This document shows positions 39,308 to 49,065 of a stretch of DNA of 64,000 nt, piece by piece (position 1 is the first letter of the stretch; each line of letters opens with the position of its first letter). A program made the translations under genes and the position numbers. The notes under the pieces were generated by a model that did no database searches, was not told where the DNA came from, and was given only the letters and a program-made list of their open reading frames with translations. Source of the stretch: Thermoplasmata archaeon (GTDB lineage: Archaea; Thermoplasmatota; Thermoplasmata; Halarchaeoplasmatales; Halarchaeoplasmataceae); the NCBI GenBank assembly GCA_003552585.1, contig PUNK01000035.1:93-64092 (forward strand), given 5' to 3'.

Positions 39308-40234
39308 ATGGTAAAGATTAAAAGGTTCGGGGCGCAGACTGAAGATCCGATAAAGAGACCGGACACCATGATCTTTGGTATTGGAGGTGCCGGTAGGAAT
39401 ATTTTATCTTCGATGATCGACACTCCACACCTTTCTAATGTGGACAAATTTGAGGTCGGGTGTGTAGATATGCTCCCCAACCTACCGTTTATACAGATCG
39501 ATAAGCGAGATATGAAGGAATCTTTTGATTCAAAATCTTCCTTCGGGATACGTCCCCCTAACCCAACCGAAGAAAAGCTGATCCGCAGGATCAAAAATGC
39601 TGATATTCTATATCTATTATCCGGTATGGGTGGACGGACAGGAAGCTGGACCACTCCTACATTAGCTCATATCGGAAAGAACAAAGGGGCCTTCACCATA
39701 GCCCTGCTTGCAATGCCTTTCGAAACAGAAAATACAGGGCGATGTCGTTTTGCAGAGGAGGCTAAGGATAGGGTTGGAGAACATGCAGACATCTTGGGCG
39801 TGTTCAGCAACAGTCGATTACTAAGTCTAAATCCACATCTACCTATGACAAAAGCGTTCGACGTTATGAATAATATAATCAGTCTTCCCGTGCAGGACTT
39901 AAATGCTGTTGTGACAAAGGATGATCTAAAAACTCTAAAAGTATTCTGTGACGGTGTCGATGAGTTCAGGATAGGTGCGGGGTATGGTAGGGGTAGAGAG
40001 AGGGGTAAACGGGCCTCCGAAGAGGCCTTACGTTCTCCATGGTTGGATGATTTTTCCGACTACCGTACCATACTCAGTGTTGTCACTAGTGGTGTAGGTT
40101 CAGCCGAGCTCGAGGCCAGCGATGCACTCGATATAATCAGTGAAAAGGCACCGAAGGCCAACATCCTCTGGGGACTTAGAAAAAACCCCGAGCTGGGGGA
40201 AAGAACAAAAGTGACCTTATTGGCTGGAAAATAA
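39308..40234 (+). CDS. Divergent FtsZ/tubulin-family protein
   Basis: GIGGAGRN, SGMGGRTGS, PFETE, AFDVMN, ALRSPWLD and ANILWG; T3 and T7 motifs degenerate. Confidence 0.85.
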   Translation: MVKIKRFGAQTEDPIKRPDTMIFGIGGAGRNILSSMIDTPHLSNVDKFEVGCVDMLPNLPFIQIDKRDMKESFDSKSSFGIRPPNPTEEKLIRRIKNADILYLLSGMGGRTGSWTTPTLAHIGKNKGAFTIALLAMPFETENTGRCRFAEEAKDRVGEHADILGVFSNSRLLSLNPHLPMTKAFDVMNNIISLPVQDLNAVVTKDDLKTLKVFCDGVDEFRIGAGYGRGRERGKRASEEALRSPWLDDFSDYRTILSVVTSGVGSAELEASDALDIISEKAPKANILWGLRKNPELGERTKVTLLAGK

Positions 40235-40257
40235 ATTGAAAAGAAAGGGGTTGGGGA

Positions 40258-41268
40258 CTATTCCTTTTTGCGGAATACGTAGTACACTGCTGGAATAGCT
40301 ACCGCCACGAGCAGAAGTATGAAACCAGCATGTGGTATATCCTCTGCTGCAGATACTTCTATCCATTGTGTGCTGAAGTTCTCAACGTGGAACACGTAAA
40401 CTGCACCTCCACCGACACTGGCGTTTGATCGGTCCAGTCCTTCATAATTCACCGCATCACTGGTCTCTATCTCCAAGTCGCCTTCAGCGTCTGCGAGATG
40501 TTCGTCTGCAAAGGCCCTGTTCATGAGTATAGATACATGGTTGGTATGGTTATTATCGGTAACCTCGATCCTCAGTACGCCGTCTTCAAAGGAAACGGTC
40601 ACCATATCTACACCTCTTGGATCACCCGCATTCACCACTGCAGCGGCCCATGGTTCGTATCCTTCTACCTTTAGAAACGTGACTGCACCGTGAGCAGCAG
40701 CGTTCTTGGCGGAATCGTAATATCCCTTTGCATCTTCGACAGGTGGTACAAAGTCCGACGGAGGTGTTCTACCAGATACTTCTATCCATTGTGTGCTGAA
40801 GTTCTCGATATGGAATACATATACCGCTTGGTCAGCCGCAATCTCGTGTGCTTCGTTCAATCCTTCGTAATTCACGGCATCGCTGGTCTCTATCTCTAAA
40901 TCACTCTCAGCCTCTGCTAAATGTAGATCTGCAAATTCTTTGTTCATTAATATTGTAACGTGATTTGTATGGTTTGAATCCGTTGCTTCGATCCTCAATA
41001 CACCGTCTTCGAAGGAAACGGTTACCATATCTACACCCCTTGGATCACCGGCATTCACCACCATGACTGCCCACGGTTCGTATCCTTCTACTTTGAGGAA
41101 TGAAGCCGCTCCTTGACTAGCAGCTTCCTCCACCATGTCAGTATGTACATCGATGGATATGTCATAGTCCCCTGGATCGATAGCCATCGTCTGTGCAGCT
41201 GTAGCTAACAGCAATACAAGCATGATGACGAACATCGATCTTATCAGGTTGTTTTTTCTCATCTTCAT
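40258..41268 (-). CDS. Secreted protein with two tandem 141-aa domains and a C-terminal sorting-like TM tail
   Basis: Signal peptide, duplicated FLKVEGYEPWA...VYVFH(I/V)ENFSTQWIEVS, IPHAGF-TM-RKKE. Confidence 0.8.
   Translation of the reverse strand: MKMRKNNLIRSMFVIMLVLLLATAAQTMAIDPGDYDISIDVHTDMVEEAASQGAASFLKVEGYEPWAVMVVNAGDPRGVDMVTVSFEDGVLRIEATDSNHTNHVTILMNKEFADLHLAEAESDLEIETSDAVNYEGLNEAHEIAADQAVYVFHIENFSTQWIEVSGRTPPSDFVPPVEDAKGYYDSAKNAAAHGAVTFLKVEGYEPWAAAVVNAGDPRGVDMVTVSFEDGVLRIEVTDNNHTNHVSILMNRAFADEHLADAEGDLEIETSDAVNYEGLDRSNASVGGGAVYVFHVENFSTQWIEVSAAEDIPHAGFILLLVAVAIPAVYYVFRKKE
40350..41115. repeat. Internal duplication with a 423-bp period
   Basis: cagatacttctatccattgtgtgctgaagttctc at 40350 and 40773; tatccttctac at 40658 and 41081. 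Confidence 0.9.
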
Positions 41269-41340
41269 TCACCTATCTATACAAAAGTCATGTCAATATA
41301 AAGTAGATTATGGTACAATTATGAAACAAAGAAAAGGGTT

Positions 41341-41652
41341 TTAGCCGAAGATGGTACCTACACCTGCAGCTGCGTCTTCATCAGCTTTTTTAATGGCCTT
41401 GAATATATCTTCCCCTTCATCGATCTTCTCGATATCCTTTTCGGAGAAGATATCCTCGGCCTTCTCCAGTGCCTTTTGACTGCCTTCGATGAGCACGTAT
41501 GTTATATCTTCATCGAAACCGAGACTTTCACCATCTCTTATACTCGCACTCTGTTTGCTCACCAGCTCATCGGAAAGAGCTTCAGAGATCGCTGACTTTT
41601 TCTCGTTGGGAACTTTGAATATGAAGTACATATTTTGCCTCGACAAACTCAT
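41341..41652 (-). CDS. Hypothetical protein
   Basis: Compact acidic ORF ending DEDAAAGVGTIFG; coding-like composition. Confidence 0.7.
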   Translation of the reverse strand: MSLSRQNMYFIFKVPNEKKSAISEALSDELVSKQSASIRDGESLGFDEDITYVLIEGSQKALEKAEDIFSEKDIEKIDEGEDIFKAIKKADEDAAAGVGTIFG

Positions 41653-41667
41653 AACATAAAAATGTTA

Positions 41668-43398
41668 CTAATCATCGTTAGAGACTTTTTTAAGATAGAT
41701 CAAGACGATCACCACCATCACCCCTGTTATCCCCAGTACGAGGTATCGCATCTCTTCAGAGAGTAGATAATCATCTATGCTTATTTCTACACTCTCTGAT
41801 CTTGGACCTTCTCCTCCTTCGCTAACTGCTGTGATAAAATATGTGTAAGTTTCTCCCCTCTCGACTTGGGTATCCTGGTAATGATAGTTTTGAGTATGGG
41901 CGATGACTTTTCCGTCACGATATACATTAAATCCTATATCAGTGAATATTCTTCTTTCGTTTATATCCCAGTAAAGCTCTATACTTCCATCTTTTTCGAA
42001 TACTTCTATGTTCTTCACCTCGGGTGGGGTATAAAGATCAGAAGTAGTTAGGTCTATCCTTCTTCCCCAGTTGTCATCGATAGTAAAATTGAGCATGGTT
42101 TCATCTACACTGATCGTAAATGTGTCATCTTTTTCATAACCATGTTTCAAAAGATTCCCTAGGTTAAGTTCATAGTACCCGTTGGTGTCGGTGTCTATAT
42201 ACAAACTTTCTCCAGTATGCTGGTTTTTGATTTTGACCTCAGAGAACCATGGATCTTTTTCATCCTCATCCCAAACATTACCATATACAATGTACGGCAC
42301 AGGTGGATACAGGTCTTGATTTCCATCTCCAAGGTCGGTATCAGCTATCCTGCACTGGTATATCAAGGAGTCGTCCAGATCTTGATTTATCTCCATTATA
42401 AGAGCCTCACGAGGATAGAACCCCTCAGCACCAGTATATATTTCAAATAAGAAGGAGTGCGCCCCTGTGTTTTCGTATACCCAATCTGTAGCACCACCTG
42501 GGGCGCTGTACCCTATCTCTTTCTCAGCCCTCCCATATGAATAAGTTCTATCTTCATCTCCACGTTTCGTAGTAAAAGAAGTCATATGTTCCGCAACCGC
42601 CCTGTACCAGTCTTCATGCGGGGTAGGTAGGTTTGCGAAGCCCCAGGGTATCAAGAGTGTTCCCCAATATGAATGTAAGTTCTGATAAGATTGTATGTCG
42701 TTCTCTATGATGAATTCTTTTAAAGCCAAGGTTTCGTTCTCTGAAAAGGGTTTTTCACCACGATAGTCATCTCTATGAGGATAGTCACTCCCCTCCCTCC
42801 AATAGATATCCCAGTTTCTATTCAGATCGACTCCTATGTTGTCTCCGGGGATGGAGTCATTACGATTTTTTCTCCAATTTTGTCTTCTACTGATATCACC
42901 ATCCCCATCATATATGTATCCGTCTGGATTTAAAACAGGCATAACGAAGATCCTTCTGTTGTTTATCAACCAGTGGATCGTATCGTTGCTGTCGTACCCA
43001 TCTATCAATCTCCAAGTTAGATAAGAGGCGACTTGGATAGAAGACCATTCTCTGGCATGCATACCACCGTCTATAAGTATGGAAGGCTTTTTCTCCACTT
43101 GAGTGTTGGAACCAGTGATCTCCAACACCCAAAGATTCCTTCCCTCCCAAGAGTGGCCTATATGGTGTCTAGTAACTATATGAGGGTAGTTTGTTTCTAG
43201 TTCTATATACCATCCATAAAGTTCATCCACTGAGGGATAATTTTCATCGAAGGGGTAATCCGATCGGATATTTTGTTCTTCATAAGGCCCTAAGTCCCCC
43301 TCTAATCCTACTGTCGTACTTCCCAGGAGAAGCAGAAGAACGAGTATGATTGAAACTGCTCGTATTTTCATCGTGAATAGATTCAGCCCGTTAGACAT
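41668..43398 (-). CDS. Membrane-anchored M14 zinc carboxypeptidase with FN3 domain
   Basis: HAREW, NPDGY, WRKNR, GVDLNRNW, LHSY, GGATDW...FE; FN3 and C-terminal TM. Confidence 0.92.
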   Translation of the reverse strand: MSNGLNLFTMKIRAVSIILVLLLLLGSTTVGLEGDLGPYEEQNIRSDYPFDENYPSVDELYGWYIELETNYPHIVTRHHIGHSWEGRNLWVLEITGSNTQVEKKPSILIDGGMHAREWSSIQVASYLTWRLIDGYDSNDTIHWLINNRRIFVMPVLNPDGYIYDGDGDISRRQNWRKNRNDSIPGDNIGVDLNRNWDIYWREGSDYPHRDDYRGEKPFSENETLALKEFIIENDIQSYQNLHSYWGTLLIPWGFANLPTPHEDWYRAVAEHMTSFTTKRGDEDRTYSYGRAEKEIGYSAPGGATDWVYENTGAHSFLFEIYTGAEGFYPREALIMEINQDLDDSLIYQCRIADTDLGDGNQDLYPPVPYIVYGNVWDEDEKDPWFSEVKIKNQHTGESLYIDTDTNGYYELNLGNLLKHGYEKDDTFTISVDETMLNFTIDDNWGRRIDLTTSDLYTPPEVKNIEVFEKDGSIELYWDINERRIFTDIGFNVYRDGKVIAHTQNYHYQDTQVERGETYTYFITAVSEGGEGPRSESVEISIDDYLLSEEMRYLVLGITGVMVVIVLIYLKKVSNDD

Positions 43399-43471
43399 AT
43401 TTTAGCTTGTCGTTTAATTATATCCAAAAGTAACACTTTTATAACAACCTTCTTTCACCCCTTCTTATACC

Positions 43472-43993
43472 ATGAAAGATGATAGCCATACATGTACATA
43501 TATGATTGAGGATGATACGAGTGAAACGAAGATCATCGTAGAGTGTGGAGAGTGTTCTAATAGTTTTTCGTTTAGATCATGCCTTCCTGAGATAGTAAGA
43601 TCGTGGGACAAGGTATCTAATTCAGATAAATTGATTTTTTCAGATACCTTTGAACGTAAGTACTCCAAAGGAACCGTTGAGATCATCTCATTCTTTCTTT
43701 CTCTACACGAACAATTTAAAAGAAATTCACGACGTGATCCTGATAAAAAAGAATGTAAGAAATGTGTTATTTCACCAAAAAGGATCTATTCTAGCTTGAT
43801 CGTTGACTTGGAGAAAGATCCCGAAGATATGTTTGAGTCGATCAACTCTGCAGCCCTCGAGCTTATGAAATCCAGCGGATGTCGGTCATGCAGGAGAGCA
43901 ACTATTGAGGAGTTAAGGGTGTTGTCTTCTTCTTTACTTGATATGAACTCGAGAGTATTATCGAAAGCATACGGTATTGTAGGTGAGGGATAG
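43472..43993 (+). CDS. Cys-rich protein, probable stand-alone N-terminal module of the pilus/secretion ATPase
   Basis: CGEC..C, CKKC and CRSC; stop abuts the ATPase start. Confidence 0.6.
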   Translation: MKDDSHTCTYMIEDDTSETKIIVECGECSNSFSFRSCLPEIVRSWDKVSNSDKLIFSDTFERKYSKGTVEIISFFLSLHEQFKRNSRRDPDKKECKKCVISPKRIYSSLIVDLEKDPEDMFESINSAALELMKSSGCRSCRRATIEELRVLSSSLLDMNSRVLSKAYGIVGEG

Positions 43994-43994
43994 G

Positions 43995-45716
43995 ATGAAA
44001 TATGAGGATCCTTTGAGACGTATCAGAGATGTAGATGGTGAAAGGTTCTTCCGTGGAATAGATAAAATGATGGAGAGTGAAGAAGAAAAACGTCCGTCGT
44101 TCTCTCACTCTTGGTTAGATGAACAGGTACCTTCTGATTCTGAAAGGCTTTTAGAGTATAACGTTAAAAACTCGACGGTCAGATTGTATAGGCTGAAGGA
44201 TGAGACGGAAGACCTCTATCATCTTGTTCCATCCGAATACTCGATGGAGGAGAAGGAAGCCTATTTACTCAACATGATAAAAAAGCACATCGCTGAAACC
44301 TATCCCAGGAACGCGGATTTTTCATCTACAGACATGGTCAAGGAATACCTTCTTAATACTGGGAGGAGCATCATAGAAAGTACGGCGACTAAAGAATCGA
44401 TCAAGCTTGGAGACAGCCGTGAGGAGGAGCTAAAAAATATAGATGAACTTTCGTCCCTACTCGTCAAATACACGGTGGGTTATGGTGTACTTGAAACTCT
44501 TTTCAAGGATCCTAATGTACAGGATATTTACATAAACGCACCATCAGAGCAAAATCCCGTATATGTGGAATTGTCTGGAATACCTGACATACGTGAACGC
44601 TGTCGAACGAATATTTACGTCAGTATAGATGGTGTTGATGGCCTTCTTTCCAGGATGCGTTCAGAAAGTGGGGAGCCCTTTTCTGAGGCCTTTCCCGTTC
44701 TAGAGATGGACCTAAGTGAATTCAACAGTCGTGCCACGGCGATAGGTCCTCCTTTGAGCCCGGACGGAATAGCACTGGCTTTTCGAAGAAGGGATTCCGA
44801 GCCCTGGACCCTTCCAAGATTGATATCCGTGGGTAGCCTTACTCCTCTGGCAGCCGGTCTCCTCTCATTCCTTGTAGATGGAAGGAGCACCATCCTGGTA
44901 GCTGGTAGTAGGGGTGCTGGGAAAACATCACTATTGGGTGCCCTAATGATGGAGTTTCCCAGAAGTCAAAGGGTGCTGACAATAGAAGATACAAGAGAGC
45001 TACCTTCAGAGAGCATGCAGGAAGCGGGATACAACATACAGAGCATGACTGTAAGTTCCTTTTTAGATGAGGATGATCTGAGTGCCGATGATGCTTTACG
45101 AGTTTCTCTTCGTTTAGGAGAATCTTCACTGGTACTTGGAGAAGTCAGAGGTCAGGAAGCTAGGACGTTGTACGAAGCCATGAGAGCCGGGACTGCTGGA
45201 AGTGCGGTCATGGGTACGATCCACGGTGATTCACCTAGATCTGTCTATGAAAGGGTGGTTCACGATATGGGGATCTCGGAGAAGAGTTTTGCAGCGACCG
45301 ATATAGTCGTGATCGCCGGTCTGGTCAGACCCGGGGGTACGCAAACGAGGAAGCGAAGGGTGACTCATATCTCTGAATATGATGAAGGAGAATTCTCGAA
45401 CTTGATGGAGTATTCTAGTGAACTAGAGCCAACCGACGTGTTGATGAAGCAGTCTGAAAAGGTAGGTGCAATAGCCCGTTCATGGGGCATGAGGTACGAA
45501 GAGGCCATACAGAATATCGGTGTGAGGGCACATATGAGGAAAATGATGGTTGAGAAAGCCGAAGAGAAGGGGAAGCATCTGCTCCGTCCGGAATGGGTCT
45601 CTGAGGCCAACAGCGTGTTCTGGAACCTTATAGAAGAACACCAGGGTACAGGTTCTTTAGCTGGTGTAAAAAAGGATTGGACTGAGTGGTTCCTGAAGAG
45701 GGTAAAACATGTCTAG
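43995..45716 (+). CDS. Type II/IV secretion or pilus assembly ATPase (VirB11/CpaF family)
   Basis: GSRGAGKTS Walker A, TIEDTREL Asp box, LRLGESSLVLGEVRG Walker B and GTIHG His box. Confidence 0.92.
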   Translation: MKYEDPLRRIRDVDGERFFRGIDKMMESEEEKRPSFSHSWLDEQVPSDSERLLEYNVKNSTVRLYRLKDETEDLYHLVPSEYSMEEKEAYLLNMIKKHIAETYPRNADFSSTDMVKEYLLNTGRSIIESTATKESIKLGDSREEELKNIDELSSLLVKYTVGYGVLETLFKDPNVQDIYINAPSEQNPVYVELSGIPDIRERCRTNIYVSIDGVDGLLSRMRSESGEPFSEAFPVLEMDLSEFNSRATAIGPPLSPDGIALAFRRRDSEPWTLPRLISVGSLTPLAAGLLSFLVDGRSTILVAGSRGAGKTSLLGALMMEFPRSQRVLTIEDTRELPSESMQEAGYNIQSMTVSSFLDEDDLSADDALRVSLRLGESSLVLGEVRGQEARTLYEAMRAGTAGSAVMGTIHGDSPRSVYERVVHDMGISEKSFAATDIVVIAGLVRPGGTQTRKRRVTHISEYDEGEFSNLMEYSSELEPTDVLMKQSEKVGAIARSWGMRYEEAIQNIGVRAHMRKMMVEKAEEKGKHLLRPEWVSEANSVFWNLIEEHQGTGSLAGVKKDWTEWFLKRVKHV

Positions 45717-47676
45717 GCTTTACGAAAGACTTTGTCGAAGAGTGAATCAACTTGTAGGTGTCGATAGGGAGACGCTGGAATCTCGAAGGGAGGAGAAGAG
45801 AGATAAATTTTTAGAAAGTAAGGATGATCTGAGAAGGGCAGAGGTGAGTTTGAGAGAAGCATCGATATTAGATGGGAAGGGATCCAAAGAGTACAAAGAA
45901 GCTTCAAGTGAAGTCGAAAGAAAAAAGAAAATTTTGAAGAGGGCGAAGGAGTCATATACCCAGGAACGATTCGAGAAAACAGTATATTTTACTGGTATGG
46001 ACCTTGTGCAGGAGGAGGTTTTAAATTTTGCCGTAGTAGTCTTTTTAACTACCTTTTTCGCACTTCTTACAGGTATATATGTCTATCATATCTATCGTCC
46101 TATGAGTATTGTAGAACTTACTATGTACGTGATCCCCACCCTCCTCATCATCCCTTTACTTTCATTGTTATTTACCGCCAATTATCCGGAAATACTTGAG
46201 AAACGATTACAGGCAGAGTCAATAGGTAAAGCTCCTGAGAGTATCAATTATATGACCATGTCTATGAGGGTAAAACCTTCACTATTTCAAGCCCTGAAAT
46301 TCGCTTCTGAAAATGCTGAGGAGCCCATGGCCAGCGGATTAAAAAAGGTACTTTGGGAGGTATACACACGAAAGAGGTCTAGCATAGAAGAGTCCTTCAT
46401 GGCCTTCGCTCTCGAATGGGGTGAATGGAACGATGACCTAAAAAGATCTTTATTCTCTATTCGCTCAGCCGTGCTCGAAAAAACAAAAGAGGGCCTGGAA
46501 GGTTCGTTAGAACGGGCTAACGATATCATAATCGATGGAACCAAACAACAGGTAAAAGAATTTTCAGACTCTTTGAGCATGCCCACCACCGTTCTTTTTG
46601 CGATAGGTATAATCCTTCCCATAATGATCGGGGCCTTACTCCCAATGATGAGTATAAGCGACCTGGACATGATGCAGGAACAAACTACGAGCGGAGTCGG
46701 TATCTTTCAGATGGTTTTGATGATGAACATCGTCACCCCCATCGCTGCATTCATGTATTCCTACTATATACTATCAAAACGCCCAGGCACCGTTTCACTG
46801 CCACGCGTCGACCTTAGAGAGGATAAAACATCGGCTTTCATCGCTTTCATCATATTCGTTATTCTCTTTTTTGTATTTTATATATCTAGGGGATCTTTAT
46901 CTTATTTGATGCCACTACCTCTATTGTGGCCCCCCGTCTTTTCCCTTTCCTTTTACTTGTTGGTCACATCCTCAAAACCACGTCAGACTAGGAGGGAATT
47001 TATAAAGATGGAGAAGGAATTTCCAGATACTCTTTTTCAACTGGGCAGCCGCTTGGCTGAAGGTGCCCCTGTAGAAACCGCTCTCACATCGGTTTCCAAA
47101 AGTATGGAGGGAGCCAAGATAGCTGAGTTATTTACAAGGATATCTAACACGTGTAGGCTGCATCAGATGTCTATGGAAACCGTACTTTTCGGTAAAGAGG
47201 GTATGCTGAATGAACACCCTTCAAGTATGATAAGAGCCAGTATGAAAGCGGTAGTATCATTATCAAAAAAAGTGGCTGGTGAGGCGGGATTAACTGTGAT
47301 GCGGATTTCTAATTACCTTAAAGATATGCAGATGATGGAAGAGGATATGCGATCCGAACTTTACAGCTCGGTACAGATGATGGAAGCTACATCTATGTTC
47401 TTTGCACCTGTGGTCATGGGGGTTGTTACCGGGATGTACCATCTACTGTATGAGATATTCTTGGATATCTCAGGAGCACAATTGATATCGCCCTCGAATT
47501 TTACTGCTGTGATCTCGGTTTACTTATTGACCACCGGTTTTGTCGTAACTTACTTTACAGAGGGGATAAAATCTAGAAATGATCCTATCGAGTTTAGATA
47601 CTCACTAGGAAGGATGCTTCTTGTATGTACCGTACTTTACTCCACTGTCCTCTGGTTATCGGGTCTACTCCTCTGA
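45709..47676 (+). CDS. TadB/TadC-like (T2SS-F) membrane platform protein
   Basis: APESINYMTMSMR and EFPDTLFQLG..L.EG.PVE repeats separated by TM clusters; overlaps the ATPase stop. Confidence 0.8.
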   Translation: MSRLYERLCRRVNQLVGVDRETLESRREEKRDKFLESKDDLRRAEVSLREASILDGKGSKEYKEASSEVERKKKILKRAKESYTQERFEKTVYFTGMDLVQEEVLNFAVVVFLTTFFALLTGIYVYHIYRPMSIVELTMYVIPTLLIIPLLSLLFTANYPEILEKRLQAESIGKAPESINYMTMSMRVKPSLFQALKFASENAEEPMASGLKKVLWEVYTRKRSSIEESFMAFALEWGEWNDDLKRSLFSIRSAVLEKTKEGLEGSLERANDIIIDGTKQQVKEFSDSLSMPTTVLFAIGIILPIMIGALLPMMSISDLDMMQEQTTSGVGIFQMVLMMNIVTPIAAFMYSYYILSKRPGTVSLPRVDLREDKTSAFIAFIIFVILFFVFYISRGSLSYLMPLPLLWPPVFSLSFYLLVTSSKPRQTRREFIKMEKEFPDTLFQLGSRLAEGAPVETALTSVSKSMEGAKIAELFTRISNTCRLHQMSMETVLFGKEGMLNEHPSSMIRASMKAVVSLSKKVAGEAGLTVMRISNYLKDMQMMEEDMRSELYSSVQMMEATSMFFAPVVMGVVTGMYHLLYEIFLDISGAQLISPSNFTAVISVYLLTTGFVVTYFTEGIKSRNDPIEFRYSLGRMLLVCTVLYSTVLWLSGLLL

Positions 47677-48201
47677 AATATTTCTTACGTGATCTATCCC
47701 TCTTTTTAAAGCACGCATGTTAAGATCTACAAACCTTGGTGGAACGGTATCCTTTACAGATTCCTCCAGCGCCTTTTCAGGGACGAGTCCAGCGGCTTCG
47801 TTGAAAGCCCCTATCATGACTATATTTGCAACGATGGTGTTACCCAACTCTTCGGCTATGTTTTTTGCTGGGACCTTTATCGCCTCTTCATAGTCTACAT
47901 AGGGGACCGTGTCCGGATCGATAACTACTACCGCATCATCGCTGAGGTCGTTGCTGTATTTGTCGAAGGCAGCCTGGGACATGACCATCATGTACTGGGT
48001 TTCAGGAAGTCCGCTGTAACCGATCTCTCTATCTGATATGATCACCTCTGAACGGGCTGCACCTCCTCTTGCCTCTGGCCCATAACTCTGTGCCTGGATC
48101 GCTTCGTAATCGTGGAAAACACTGGCAGCCTTTCCGAGGATATAGCCTGCGGTCATGATCCCTTGTCCCCCACTCCCGCACAAGCGTATATTTTTTCTCA
48201 T
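47665..48201 (-). CDS. korC: 2-oxoacid:ferredoxin oxidoreductase gamma subunit
   Basis: GSGGQG, QSYGPEARGGA and ANIVMIGA. Confidence 0.9.
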   Translation of the reverse strand: MRKNIRLCGSGGQGIMTAGYILGKAASVFHDYEAIQAQSYGPEARGGAARSEVIISDREIGYSGLPETQYMMVMSQAAFDKYSNDLSDDAVVVIDPDTVPYVDYEEAIKVPAKNIAEELGNTIVANIVMIGAFNEAAGLVPEKALEESVKDTVPPRFVDLNMRALKRGIDHVRNISEE

Positions 48202-49061
48202 TCTTCCAACTCCTTCAAAAGTCTGTAATATCTTTCCTCTAGTGGTTCACGCTCCTCTTCATGAAGGACTCCGATCTTTATCATCTTGTCTGCCCTTTCT
48301 TTTTCCTCTTCAGAACCGAACTTCTGGATCTTTTCATAATCCTCTACAAGTATGGTGTTCTTCTCGTAGAATTCCCACAGATCCTGTAGCTGCCTGTACC
48401 TATTCCGCCGTCCGTAGGCTGTTGGACATGGTGAAAGTAGCTCGATCAGTGAAAAACCATTGTTTTCTAAGCCCTCGCTTATAGAGCTGATCGGTTGATG
48501 CGGTCTGAACACGGGCCACTTTGCAACGTAGCTGGCACCCGATGAGATAGCCATCTTGCTTATATCGAATGGTGGTTCTATGTTGCCGTAAGGTGCTGTT
48601 GTTGCCTTATCCTTCTCAGGAGTAGTTGGGGCAACCTGCCCGCCGGTCATACCGTAAATAAAATTGTTGACGACGATAACTGTCATGTTGAGATTTCTCC
48701 TGGCAGCGTGGATGAAATGGTTTCCACCAATACCTATACAGTCACCGTCGCCTGTGAAAACGATCACATTGAGGTCGGGTTCACTCATCTTCACTCCTGT
48801 GGCGAATGCCAGGGCACGTCCGTGTGTAGTATGTAGTGCATCCGCTTCTATGTAACCTGGTATCCTTGACGAACAACCGATACCGGAAAGGAAAACGGTT
48901 CTATCCATATCAAGTCCCACTCTATCTACGGCTCTGAGGGTGTAATCTATCACGTTACCTAGACCACAGCCGTCGCAGAAAATATGCGGCATCATATCCT
49001 TCCGTAGATATTTTTCTTGTAATTCCTTTCCACTGATCATCTTTTTATTATCATTGGCCAT
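48198..49061 (-). CDS. korB: 2-oxoacid:ferredoxin oxidoreductase beta subunit
   Basis: FCDGCG, SGIGCSSR, HTTHGRA, GDGD..IGGNH and YGMTGGQ. Confidence 0.93.
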   Translation of the reverse strand: MANDNKKMISGKELQEKYLRKDMMPHIFCDGCGLGNVIDYTLRAVDRVGLDMDRTVFLSGIGCSSRIPGYIEADALHTTHGRALAFATGVKMSEPDLNVIVFTGDGDCIGIGGNHFIHAARRNLNMTVIVVNNFIYGMTGGQVAPTTPEKDKATTAPYGNIEPPFDISKMAISSGASYVAKWPVFRPHQPISSISEGLENNGFSLIELLSPCPTAYGRRNRYRQLQDLWEFYEKNTILVEDYEKIQKFGSEEEKERADKMIKIGVLHEEEREPLEERYYRLLKELEE

Positions 49062-49065
49062 CCTA

